Below, in pieces: positions 27,783 through 37,080 of a DNA stretch of 64,000 nucleotides. Made by a program: the position numbers and the translations under genes. This DNA comes from Dehalococcoidia bacterium (GTDB lineage Bacteria; Chloroflexota; Dehalococcoidia; Plut-88900): positions 1,056,001-1,120,000 of the forward strand of contig OZ240219.1 of NCBI GenBank assembly GCA_965197645.1, given 5' to 3'. Under the pieces are notes generated by a model, which ran no database searches, had not been told where the DNA came from, and worked only from the letters and a program-made list of their open reading frames with translations. How positions within the stretch are numbered: the stretch's first letter is position 1; each line of letters begins with the position of its first letter.

Positions 27783-28022
27783 GTGAACACGAATGAGGAT
27801 GACACCGCGACAGCAGAGGTGGTGACGGCGACGATAACGGACAATCGCGATGTGGTCAGGGAGTGGCTAAAGGACGAGCCCGGAAGCTGGGGTTACCTGG
27901 CGGGACAGGCGGTGCTGTCGCTGCGGCGGAAGCTGGGAAGAAAGCTGACCGAGGAGGAGCGTCGGCAGGTGTGGCACGCTCTTTGGGGCCGGCTAGTAGG
28001 TCTGAAGGGGCATGGCCCGTGA
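27783..28022 (+). CDS. Small hypothetical protein
   Basis: 79 aa ORF with GGAGG RBS, protein-like composition (WLKDEPGSWGYLAGQAV). Confidence 0.65.
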   Translation: MNTNEDDTATAEVVTATITDNRDVVREWLKDEPGSWGYLAGQAVLSLRRKLGRKLTEEERRQVWHALWGRLVGLKGHGP

Positions 28023-28089
28023 GGCCCGGCGAATCGAGCCAATGGACACTACATCACATCTGGTCGGTTGCCGACCCCAAGAAGGTGAG

Positions 28090-29394
28090 ATGATTCGTAT
28101 ATCGGCGTTGGCTGCGGTGAAGAAGACAAAGTGGCTGGGCGTAGCGTTGCTCGTGGCGGCCCTTGTCGTTGCTTGCGGAAATACCGCGGCCATCCCGACT
28201 ACGACCCCAACCTCCACGCCTGATTCAACGCCAAGCCCCGAATTGACTCCAACCTCGACTCCCGATTCATCGTCTATCTCCGAATCGACTCCATCGTTTA
28301 CTCCCGGCCCCGTCCCGGACTTCGATCCTCAGGCGAGGTACGGCGGCAGCTCTCGTCCCGGCATCCCGCCCTGGAAAACGGACTTCACCAAGTACAGCAT
28401 AGATTTCAACGACATCATAACGGGCCAGGTCAGGGATGGAATACCTTCCATCGATCTACCCAAGTTCGTTGCCGTAGACCCCGGCCCCGGGTGGATCGCC
28501 GCGCTTGAACCGGTGATATCGCTGGAGATAGACGGCGATGCCAGGGCCTACCCCATTCAAATCCTGACATGGCATGAGATCGTCAACGACGTGGTCGGCG
28601 GCGTGCCCGTGATCGTGACCTTCTGTCCTCTCTGCAACACTGCGCTGGTCTTCGAGCGGACCATAAACGGCGCCGTCCACGGATTCGGGGTATCGGGGAT
28701 GCTGCGGTTCAGCGATCTCGTGATGTACGATCGCCAGACGGAGACCTGGTGGCAGCAGATAGGAGGAGAGGCGATCGTGGGGGAGCTGACGGGCACGAAG
28801 TTGAATCAGCTGCCGGCGTCTATCGTGTCCTGGCAGGACTTCCAGAACAGCTTTCCCGACGGCCAGGTCCTATCGAGGGATACGGGCTACCAGCGACAGT
28901 ACGGTATGAACCCCTACTCCGGGTATGACAACATCAACCAAGCTCCCTTCCTGTACACGGGGCCCGACGACGACCGGCTGCGCCCCGTCGAGCGGGTGAC
29001 GACCGTAGAGCTGAACGGTGAGACCGCAGCATATCCATTCCTGGAGCTGGAAAAGGCCTTGGTGGTGAACGACGTTTTGGGAGGAGAGCCCCTGGTCGTG
29101 TTCTTCTCCAAAGGAACGCTGTCCGCCCTGGACAAAAGTGCGATAGCCGCTTCGCGGGACGTGGGGTCTGGCGTTGTGTACAGCAGAGTCCTCGATGGGA
29201 CGGAGCTTACGTTTACGGCTATCGATGGGATGTTCGTGGACGACCAGACAGGGTCTACCTGGAACATCATGGGTCGGGCGCTGGACGGGGAGATGGCCGG
29301 CAAGGAGCTTACACCGGTGGTCCACGCCAACCACTTCTGGTTCGCTTGGGCGGCATTCAAACCCGAAACCAGGGTGTGGCGAGCGCCGGGCTAG
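28090..29394 (+). CDS. DUF3179 domain lipoprotein
   Basis: Lipobox VVAC, Pro/Thr stalk, RDGIPSID, RAYP, HEIVND, TFCPLCNT, MYDRQT, FWFAW; start 28090 or 28012. Confidence 0.88.
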   Translation: MIRISALAAVKKTKWLGVALLVAALVVACGNTAAIPTTTPTSTPDSTPSPELTPTSTPDSSSISESTPSFTPGPVPDFDPQARYGGSSRPGIPPWKTDFTKYSIDFNDIITGQVRDGIPSIDLPKFVAVDPGPGWIAALEPVISLEIDGDARAYPIQILTWHEIVNDVVGGVPVIVTFCPLCNTALVFERTINGAVHGFGVSGMLRFSDLVMYDRQTETWWQQIGGEAIVGELTGTKLNQLPASIVSWQDFQNSFPDGQVLSRDTGYQRQYGMNPYSGYDNINQAPFLYTGPDDDRLRPVERVTTVELNGETAAYPFLELEKALVVNDVLGGEPLVVFFSKGTLSALDKSAIAASRDVGSGVVYSRVLDGTELTFTAIDGMFVDDQTGSTWNIMGRALDGEMAGKELTPVVHANHFWFAWAAFKPETRVWRAPG

Positions 29395-29553
29395 CATCCT
29401 GGAGTGGACGGCTAACCCGGTAGACGATGTTCAAGCAAAAGCGGTGCGACGTATCAGGCTGAGCACTGACGACCACATGGCGGTGGAGATTCGGAAGGAT
29501 ACGTTCATCCGCCTCCGGGAGACTTGCCGAAATGACGCAACCGCTAGCGCAAA

Positions 29554-30777
29554 TCAGATGATGGCGCCTTCCTGTTTCAGGGCCTCGATCTGTTCCCACG
29601 TGTAGCCTATCTCCAGCAGCTTGGCCTCGGTGTCCTGACCCGGCTCGGGGCCGGGGCCTTTGGGCTGGCCGGGGGTGCGGTGGAACGTCAAGGGAGGCGA
29701 CACCAGCTCCGTCTCCTCGCCCGTCTGATGGCGGATGGTGGTGAAGTAGCCGTTGGCGCGGGCCTGGGGATCGTCGATGACTTCGTCGGGGGTCTGGACC
29801 GGCGCCCAGGTGCAGTTTTCACTGTCCAGTAGGTCGGCCCACCCGGCTCTTGGCCTGGTGGCGAAACGCTCGTCCAGGATGGCTATCAATTCTCGGTTGT
29901 TCTCCATGCGATGCGCGAGGGTATCGAAGCGAGGGTCGTCCCGGAGGGCTTCCAGGCCCATGACCCGGCAGAAGGGGCCCCACCACCTGTCGCCCTCGAG
30001 CATGACGAGCTGCAGCCACTTGCCATCGCCGGCCTCGTAGAAGTTGAATAATGGATTGTTGGCCTGTTTACGGCGATTGCGCCGGATGGGCTTGCGTTCC
30101 TTGAGCGCCGCGTTGAGATCGTTTCCCATCACCCACAGCCCGGTGTGGAGTAGGGAGCAATCGATCTGCTGGCCCATGCCGGAGCGCTCCCGTTCGAACA
30201 GGGCCATCCCCACCGCCGATGTGATGGCCAGCGCGGTTGAGAGGTCACCCATGGCCGGACGCTCCTGGACTGGCATTTCTCCCTCCTCGCCCAGCATCGC
30301 CATCACGCCCGAACGCGCCCAGAAGGCGGTGTAATCGAACCCGGAGCGGTCCTTCTCTTCGCCTTCCATACCGTAGCCGGTCAGGGTGACGTAGACGAGG
30401 CGGGGATTGAGCCGGGAGACCGCATCGTAGGTCAAGTCGTACCGGACCTGACGGTGGGGCGTCAGATTGGTGAGCATGACGTCCGAGGCGACGGCGAGCC
30501 TCTTCACGGCCTCCCGACCGCCGTCGGCGCCCAGGTTGATGCCCACGCTGCCCTTTCCCCGGTTGAGGAACTCGAAGGCGGTGTTCACCCCACCGGTGTG
30601 ATGCACGACTCCCCGGTGAGTTACGTCCAAGCCTCGTCCCGGATCGCCGGTGTCGGGCGGCTCGACCTTCGTAACCTCGGCGCCCAGGTCTGAGAGCAGG
30701 GTGGACGCTGCGGGAACGGCAACGTAGTTGGCCACCTCCAGCACCTTGATCCCATCGAGTAATCGAGGCATGTTCAC
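29554..30777 (-). CDS. CaiB/BaiF family III CoA-transferase
   Basis: LSDLGAEVTKVEPP, GDPGR, NRGK, TGYG, GFDYTAFWARSG. Confidence 0.92.
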   Translation of the reverse strand: MNMPRLLDGIKVLEVANYVAVPAASTLLSDLGAEVTKVEPPDTGDPGRGLDVTHRGVVHHTGGVNTAFEFLNRGKGSVGINLGADGGREAVKRLAVASDVMLTNLTPHRQVRYDLTYDAVSRLNPRLVYVTLTGYGMEGEEKDRSGFDYTAFWARSGVMAMLGEEGEMPVQERPAMGDLSTALAITSAVGMALFERERSGMGQQIDCSLLHTGLWVMGNDLNAALKERKPIRRNRRKQANNPLFNFYEAGDGKWLQLVMLEGDRWWGPFCRVMGLEALRDDPRFDTLAHRMENNRELIAILDERFATRPRAGWADLLDSENCTWAPVQTPDEVIDDPQARANGYFTTIRHQTGEETELVSPPLTFHRTPGQPKGPGPEPGQDTEAKLLEIGYTWEQIEALKQEGAII

Positions 30778-30835
30778 CTCCTGTTGCTGAGGGAGAAACC
30801 GGTCGAGGGGATGACTTTGGGGCCGAGGCTGGCGC

Positions 30836-32251
30836 CTAGCCCTGGCGAAAGCGGTTGAAGCCTACGGCCTTCCTGTAGGCGTTGGCGCTGCGCTGGAAGC
30901 TGGAGAAGCTGGGGATGTCCCTCTCCATAAGGCGGTTGCGAAGGACCACTGCTTCGGCCTCCTGGTTGATGGCCTGAATGGTCATGAAGAAGGGCTTGGC
31001 CGACCTATTCTTGTGCTCTGTCAGGTCTTCCAGCAGCTTCTGGAAGTATTCTTCGCCCATCTCCCGCCGGTCCATGATGGAGGTGGAGAGCTCCATGGTG
31101 ATGGCATCCACCTTGGGGTCCCGGTCCAGGATGTCCAGGAGCCTGGGCATGATGTTTTCCTGGGGCAGGTTGGAGCTGATGTCCAGGGGATTTCGATAGC
31201 TGGCGCCCACCAGGGTAAAGAAGGACTCCAGCTCCTGGTAGCTTTCGTCACTGAGGAGGTCTACGTTGAGACCGGCCTTGGAGAAGGCGTCGGCGGAGGC
31301 CACCGAGGGACCGCCGGTCAGGGCCATGACTCCCATTCGCGTGCCGGTGGAGGGCTTGATGTGGAGCAGGGCTTTGACCACGTCCACCATCTCCTCCATG
31401 CTGGCGACGGAGATGGCCCCGCACTGCCTGAGCATGGCCTCCCAGACGGTGAGGTTAGTGGCCAGGGAAGCGGTGTGGGATGCGATGGCCCGGTGGCCGT
31501 CCTCGCTCTGCCCGCCCTTCCAGATCACGACGGGCTTCCTGGCGGCCACGTCCTGCAGCACCTCGAAGAAGCGCCGGCCGTTCCTCACTCCCTCGATGTA
31601 GATACCTATTACCTTGGTGTCCGGGTCCTGTCCCAGGTACTCGAGGTAGTCGTGAGCATCGAGGACTATGGCGTTGCCGAAGCTGACCATCTTGCTGATC
31701 TTGATCCCGTTCTGGGCGCCGATGAGGCTGAAGTTCATGCTCTGGCTGCCGCTTTGCCCTATCCAACCCACCTGTCCGTCCTCTCCCACGTACTGATCGG
31801 AGTGGAAACGGATGCCGACGTAGGGTGAGTAGACGCCCATGCAGTTGGGGCCCACCAGCATGAAGTTGGATTCTTTGGCGCGCTCAGTGAGGGCCTTTTG
31901 CAGCTCGATGCCCTCTTCGGAGAAGGTCTCGGCGAAACCGGAGGTGAAGAAGCTGGCCCCGCCTACGTCCTTCTTGATCAGGTCCTCCAGGATGAAGGGG
32001 GCCACCTTGCGGGGCACGGCTACGATGGCGAAGTCGACGGGGCCGGGGATATCCATCAGGCTTTTGTAGTTGGGCACCCCCAGCTCTTCGATGCCCGGGA
32101 TCTCCCGCTCGTCCAGCTGGACCGAGTAGACGGGCCCCTTGAACGGTTTCATGGCGTGGAGCCAGGAGTAGTTCGAGGCCTTTTTGTCGCCGATAACGGC
32201 CGCCGTCTTAGCCTTGAAGATCCGGTCGAAAGCCGCGGTGGTGGGCGCCAT
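30836..32251 (-). CDS. ADP-forming acyl-CoA synthetase alpha subunit (CoA-binding)
   Basis: VDFAIVAVP, TSGFAE, VGPNCMG, SFGN, YIEG, SHT phospho-His, NPLD. Confidence 0.88.
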   Translation of the reverse strand: MAPTTAAFDRIFKAKTAAVIGDKKASNYSWLHAMKPFKGPVYSVQLDEREIPGIEELGVPNYKSLMDIPGPVDFAIVAVPRKVAPFILEDLIKKDVGGASFFTSGFAETFSEEGIELQKALTERAKESNFMLVGPNCMGVYSPYVGIRFHSDQYVGEDGQVGWIGQSGSQSMNFSLIGAQNGIKISKMVSFGNAIVLDAHDYLEYLGQDPDTKVIGIYIEGVRNGRRFFEVLQDVAARKPVVIWKGGQSEDGHRAIASHTASLATNLTVWEAMLRQCGAISVASMEEMVDVVKALLHIKPSTGTRMGVMALTGGPSVASADAFSKAGLNVDLLSDESYQELESFFTLVGASYRNPLDISSNLPQENIMPRLLDILDRDPKVDAITMELSTSIMDRREMGEEYFQKLLEDLTEHKNRSAKPFFMTIQAINQEAEAVVLRNRLMERDIPSFSSFQRSANAYRKAVGFNRFRQG

Positions 32252-32955
32252 CAGGAGGCGTCCTCCTCAAGGATAACCCGGGCGTCCACGGCCGAAAGCC
32301 CGTCCTTGTAGGCGAAGATGGGGTTCAGGTCAATCTCTTTGATTTCGGTAGTGGACTCAACGAACTTGGACAGGTTCAGCAGGGTCTCCTCCAGCTTGGC
32401 GATGTCGGCTGGGTCCTGACCCCTGTACCCCTCAAGAACGGGGTAGCCCTTGATCTCTTTGACCATCTCACGGGCGTCTCGTTCGTTTAGGGGGACGATT
32501 CTGAAAGCGACGTCCTTGAGGATCTCCACCATTATTCCGCCCAGCCCGAACATAAGGACTGGCCCGAACTGGGGGTCCTTGGACATGCCGATGATGACCT
32601 CGGTACCCGGCTCGGCCATCCTCTGGACCGATACCCCATCGATAGTGGCGGAGGGCTCCGCGGATGTGGCGGCTGTCACTATATCGTCGTAGGCCTGGGC
32701 CACCTGCTCCTCGTTCTCCAGGCCCAGCTTGACGCCGCCTATGTCGCTCTTGTGAATTATCTGGGGCGAGAGGACTTTCAATACTACGGGGAAGCCGATC
32801 TTCTTGGCGGCGGCTACAGCATCTTCCTTGGAGGCGGCCTGGTGGGCATCGGTGATGCTTATGCCCGCCTCTTTGAGAAGCTCTTTCGATTCCACCTCAT
32901 TGAGGACCTGCCGGTTTTCGGCCCGCGCCTTGGCCAGCACTTGGCTTTGGGTCAT
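32251..32955 (-). CDS. ADP-forming acyl-CoA synthetase beta subunit (ATP-grasp)
   Basis: IGFPVVLK, HKSDIGGV, DPQFGPVLMFGLGG, EIDLNP, AVDAR; stop/start overlap with alpha subunit. Confidence 0.92.
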   Translation of the reverse strand: MTQSQVLAKARAENRQVLNEVESKELLKEAGISITDAHQAASKEDAVAAAKKIGFPVVLKVLSPQIIHKSDIGGVKLGLENEEQVAQAYDDIVTAATSAEPSATIDGVSVQRMAEPGTEVIIGMSKDPQFGPVLMFGLGGIMVEILKDVAFRIVPLNERDAREMVKEIKGYPVLEGYRGQDPADIAKLEETLLNLSKFVESTTEIKEIDLNPIFAYKDGLSAVDARVILEEDAS

Positions 32956-33140
32956 GAAGATGTATCCTCCGTGAGCGTATCAGGGGAGAGAATAGCAAGA
33001 GGGTCAGGATGTGTCAACGCGTACTGCGACTTACCGCTGCGGGTGCAGTGGAGGGAAGGTCTCCACCCTTTAACCCACCCTTCGATACGCCCATCCTTTC
33101 TTACACACCGAGCGTTCCACTACCCCTACAAACGGTCCAA

Positions 33141-33179
33141 TTGAAACCTATCTTATACCTGAATTAAAATAGTTCAAAA
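33141..33179 (+). promoter_or_regulatory. AT-rich promoter and putative operator half-site upstream of the GHKL gene
   Basis: TTGAAA-N18-TAAAAT followed by TAGTTCAAAA (33170-33179). Confidence 0.45.
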
Positions 33180-33221
33180 CCAGTAGTGGGAACGATTTCT
33201 CCAAGCAGGGGAGGGTCCTCT

Positions 33222-34703
33222 ATGAGCAGGGTTGTTGACGTCGAGATCAACAAGGTAAATGCCCTCATCACCCTGGGCTCGATGTACCGGAACGCCGCCG
33301 AAGCGATCAAGGAGTACGTGAGCAACGCTCTGGATGAATGGGCCCTTGCGCGACGCGCCGGCAGAGTAGAGGGGCCGTGCCGCATCCACTTTACCCTAAG
33401 CAAAGGCTCGATAACCATCGATTACAACGCGCCGGGAATGACTGAGCAAGGCTTCGAGTCGGCCCTGAAGAGCGTCGTTGATTCCCCCAAGCAGAGGTAT
33501 GACGTTCCCCAGATCGGTCACATGGGCATAGGCATCTGGGCGTTCAACCAGATTGGTGGCGATGTTACGTTCCTGAGCAAGCGGGACAAGTCCTCTCCCA
33601 CTGTGCAGGTGAAGTTGCGCAGACACTCTGCGCAGGCAGAGATTTCGAGTCCGTCCAGGGGCGGAGAGCGCGCCGAGCCGGGCATGACCATCATCATTAC
33701 GGACCTTTTCCAGGACCCCACCAAACGCTACGGCCCCCTCTCTCCCGCCCGGCTGAAGCATGTGCTGGCCGATCGATTCGACGCCTATCTAAGATCGGGA
33801 CATCTGGAGATCAAGTTGCAGTGCGGGAAGGAGGAGCAGCGGGTCGAGGCGCACCACCTCGACCCGCCCGAAATCGGTGAAAAGTACCGGGAAGTGCCAC
33901 TTCGCAGCGATCCGGACAAGGTCTTCCAGACCCGGTTCTGGTTCGATCCGTCGGGCAACGGCCGTGTTTCGATCCGTCATACCGGCGTGGTGGTCATCGA
34001 TGATCTCAGGTCGGGGCCGGAGTACAACCTGGACGATACGGTGTACGTCAGCGGCTATCTGAAAGGGTTCATCGATGCTGATTTCGTGACGCCGCTGCCC
34101 GCTAGGGCCCAGTTCCTGGAAAACCTGGACCTGATAGATTTCTTCGACTCCCTGCGCAGCATCGCAGGTGGGCTGGAGGAAGAGATGGGAGTCCACCACG
34201 AGGAGGCGGAGAACGAGCGCCGCCAGGGCCTGTTCCGCAGGGCTACCAAGATAGCCAGAGAGGTGCTCAGCCAGGAGGAATTCCTGGACTTGGAGCTGAT
34301 TGAAGGGTTGACCCGCCTGCGGCGCCAGGCGACAGAAGAAAATACAGCCAAGGTAATGGACCAAGCACGTACGGAATCGAACGGGTCAAATGGGCCCAAC
34401 GGAACGTCCCATACCAACGGGAATGGCACTCGAAGAGCATCCAGGCCCATCCTCCGGCAGGCGGTCTTCGAGACCGATCCCCTTCGGCGCAGCATGGTCT
34501 CTCAGGGCGCAATCGAGATCAACATCACCAACCCGGACTTCAAGGCCCTGTCAGAGCTGCCCCGGAACCAGCAAGTAGCCTACGTCGCTATGCTGCTGGG
34601 TAAAGAGGTCATCGCCTACAACGACGCCAGCGGCGTGAGCGAAGAGGCCTTGGAGAAGATGGTGGCTTACGGCACCCGGGTGCTCTCCCAGGTGTGGCAC
34701 TGA
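33222..34703 (+). CDS. GHKL (MORC/HSP90-like, HATPase_c_3) ATPase-domain protein with divergent G1 box
   Basis: YRNAAEAIKEYVSNALD N-box, YNAPGM at G1, IGHMGIG G2, later YLKGFIDADF transducer-like segment and IEINITNPDF. Confidence 0.78.
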   Translation: MSRVVDVEINKVNALITLGSMYRNAAEAIKEYVSNALDEWALARRAGRVEGPCRIHFTLSKGSITIDYNAPGMTEQGFESALKSVVDSPKQRYDVPQIGHMGIGIWAFNQIGGDVTFLSKRDKSSPTVQVKLRRHSAQAEISSPSRGGERAEPGMTIIITDLFQDPTKRYGPLSPARLKHVLADRFDAYLRSGHLEIKLQCGKEEQRVEAHHLDPPEIGEKYREVPLRSDPDKVFQTRFWFDPSGNGRVSIRHTGVVVIDDLRSGPEYNLDDTVYVSGYLKGFIDADFVTPLPARAQFLENLDLIDFFDSLRSIAGGLEEEMGVHHEEAENERRQGLFRRATKIAREVLSQEEFLDLELIEGLTRLRRQATEENTAKVMDQARTESNGSNGPNGTSHTNGNGTRRASRPILRQAVFETDPLRRSMVSQGAIEINITNPDFKALSELPRNQQVAYVAMLLGKEVIAYNDASGVSEEALEKMVAYGTRVLSQVWH

Positions 34704-34741
34704 GGCCCAGGTTTGGCACTAGGGGCGACCGCTTCGAAGCG

Positions 34742-35218
34742 TCAGCCGGCTACCGACTGGGTTTCCTCGACCTGTTCCGCGGACGATCTGCGGGGGACTC
34801 GTACAATCTCGCCGTTGCCCAGTTTCCGGTCTTGAGGAACTATGGGCTTGTGCTCCATGACGACCTTGGAGACGGTGGCGGACCCATTGCGCGGCTCGAT
34901 GGAGGGAATGTCCCCCTCTGGCCGGCCCTGGAAAGTCCTGACGAGCCGCTGATTGGCCTTGGCTAGCTCCAGAGTAGCGTTGACGCTCTTGGACATCATC
35001 ATGGACATGTGGGTGGAGGTCATGGTGTGGGCGTCAAGCCGCTCCATCAGATCCGCCGTCGCTTGTACATGATCCTTCGAGGCCGAGACCTGGTATAGAG
35101 CGGCATCTACCATCCTTCCAACCTGCCGCCGGTACATCCAGGCCAGGCTGGCCAGAGCTATGACCGCGCCAGCTTGAACGGAAGATAACAGAATAAACAG
35201 TATGTCCCTGATCTCCAT
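34742..35218 (-). CDS. Hypothetical membrane-anchored protein
   Basis: AGGAGG RBS before ATG 35218; N-terminal TM helix then coiled-coil-like segment. Confidence 0.7.
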   Translation of the reverse strand: MEIRDILFILLSSVQAGAVIALASLAWMYRRQVGRMVDAALYQVSASKDHVQATADLMERLDAHTMTSTHMSMMMSKSVNATLELAKANQRLVRTFQGRPEGDIPSIEPRNGSATVSKVVMEHKPIVPQDRKLGNGEIVRVPRRSSAEQVEETQSVAG

Positions 35219-35296
35219 GGACCACCTCCTAATAGATTGGCGAGGACCGGCCGGACCCATCGGCCGATTGCCCACCACCTAGGGCAAAACTATGGC

Positions 35297-35350
35297 ATGT
35301 TATCACGGTAATTGCGTAATTTCAATACCTATTTTGAACTAATTCTAAAA
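35297..35350 (-). promoter_or_regulatory. Promoter and imperfect palindrome upstream of the membrane-protein gene
   Basis: Minus strand TTGAAA-N17-TAACAT with TGn; plus-strand TTTTGAACTAATTCTAAAA (35332-35350). Confidence 0.45.
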
Positions 35351-35551
35351 AGAGTTGTTTGATGGACTCTGCGTCAAGCTTGTAGCATCGGCTTGCGCTG
35401 CTCTCATCGGGGGAAATTGCGCCTGTGGGAACGAGGCGGTGGCGTGATCGGGCTACGCTTGACGGGGTGGTCCGTGTAGGGCATGATTTGAATGTCCCAG
35501 GACTCGTTTTCCCAGGACCTGGTATGAGCAAACGGAGGGAGGTCACGAAGG

Positions 35552-35953
35552 ATGATGGAAGAGATCGTCAGCAAGGCCGAGCTTGTAAGAGCGGGCGCTG
35601 TTGAGTTCGACATCACCTACCGGCAGATCGGTGGTGATGAGGGGGTATCGATACAGGTCTACGGAGAGGCCGATAGCAAACGTACCGAGATGCTAAGGAT
35701 AGACTGCTTCCAGCAGGAGCCCCACTACCATTACGGCCCCGAGAACAACGATGAGCGGGTAATGCTGGACTTTACGGCAGAGGGAACCCCGGTGAACTGG
35801 GCCTTGAGCCGGCTTCGCAACAGGCTTATCCCGATGTTGGTCCGGGCCGGGTATCCCGAGACAGCCAGGAGCCTGGATGGCAGGCAGGTGACCGAGGCGC
35901 TGGACCAGGTGGAAGCCTGGACCGAAACCCTGACACGGACGAAGGGCGATTAA
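35552..35953 (+). CDS. Conserved hypothetical protein
   Basis: 133 aa, GGAGG RBS, motif EMLRIDCF..EPHYHYGP. Confidence 0.75.
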   Translation: MMEEIVSKAELVRAGAVEFDITYRQIGGDEGVSIQVYGEADSKRTEMLRIDCFQQEPHYHYGPENNDERVMLDFTAEGTPVNWALSRLRNRLIPMLVRAGYPETARSLDGRQVTEALDQVEAWTETLTRTKGD

Positions 35954-35956
35954 CAG

Positions 35957-36940
35957 CTAGTATCCCAGCTGCTTGTCTATCACTCCAACGAGGGGCCGGT
36001 CATCGAGGAAGCGGCGTACGTTCTCGCACAGGAGGTCCACCGCTCGGCCAATCCTGCGAGAGGAGCCGCCGGCGGTATGAGGCGTCACTATGGCGTTGCG
36101 CATGGTCCAGAGGGGGTGGTCGGCCGGGAGGGGCTCCTCGGGGGTTACGTCCAAGCCTGCGCCTCCTATGGTCCCGTTCTCCAGGGCCTTTACCAGCGCC
36201 GGGCCGTCGATTATCGCACCCCTGGTTACGTTGACTATGATAGCGTGGGTTCTCATGTGGTTGAACGCCTCGTCATCGAACATGCCCCGGGTCTCGGACG
36301 TGAGGGGCGCACAGATCATCACCACGTCCGACTCCCCCAACAGGTCGTAGAAACGGGTGAGGGTCCATACCTCCCCGACGAAATCGGGCTTGGGGACGTC
36401 GTCCCGATCGATGGCGATCACCCTCATCTCGAATCCCTGGGCCCTGCGGGCCACCTCGATGCCGGTGCCGCCCAGCCCGATGATGCCCATGGTCTGGCCG
36501 CCCAGCTCCCAGGACTCGGCGCGGATGGAGGGCCGAGAGTCCCAGCTGCGCTCCCGGACGGCGCGACCTATTCCGCGTAGAACCCCTAGAAGCAGGGCCC
36601 AGGCGTGATCGGCCAGGTGGGCGCCTACCGTGCCCTTGGCACTGGTGAGAACAATGTCGCTGTTGACGAACTCGTCGTACATCATATGGTCGACGCCGGA
36701 ACCGATGGACTGGACCCAGCGCAGCTTCTTTGCGTGCTCGAACATGGGGGGATTGAACTCTCCGAAGAGGGCATCGGTATCGATCAGCTCCCTATTTCGC
36801 TGCTCGACGCTGGTGGCGACCACCACCTCTATATCTTCGGAGATAGCCCTGATCTGGGCGATCTGGTCATCGGTGAGCCGGTCGGCTACGACAGCCTCCT
36901 GCTCCAGGCTAAGGTTGACCATCAACTTCATCGTTCCCAC
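35957..36940 (-). CDS. D-2-hydroxyacid dehydrogenase
   Basis: LRWVQSIGSGVD, GIIGLGGTG, VNVTRG, GAGLDVTPEEPL, TPHTAG. Confidence 0.92.
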   Translation of the reverse strand: MGTMKLMVNLSLEQEAVVADRLTDDQIAQIRAISEDIEVVVATSVEQRNRELIDTDALFGEFNPPMFEHAKKLRWVQSIGSGVDHMMYDEFVNSDIVLTSAKGTVGAHLADHAWALLLGVLRGIGRAVRERSWDSRPSIRAESWELGGQTMGIIGLGGTGIEVARRAQGFEMRVIAIDRDDVPKPDFVGEVWTLTRFYDLLGESDVVMICAPLTSETRGMFDDEAFNHMRTHAIIVNVTRGAIIDGPALVKALENGTIGGAGLDVTPEEPLPADHPLWTMRNAIVTPHTAGGSSRRIGRAVDLLCENVRRFLDDRPLVGVIDKQLGY

Positions 36941-37080
36941 CTCCCGTGTTAGTTTGCAGACCGGAATGGAAGGTCAAGTATAGCAAGCAGCTACAAGCGG
37001 GCGCCTGCTCAAGTCGAGAGGGCAGCGGGCAGGCGCTGAAAACGGAGCCGCTGCCCCCAATACACCCGAGGAGGAAGAGC

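Noticed and set aside
28090-29394. DUF3179 as a selenoprotein
   Set aside because: The ORF is continuous, CPLC uses ordinary Cys codons and no in-frame TGA is needed.
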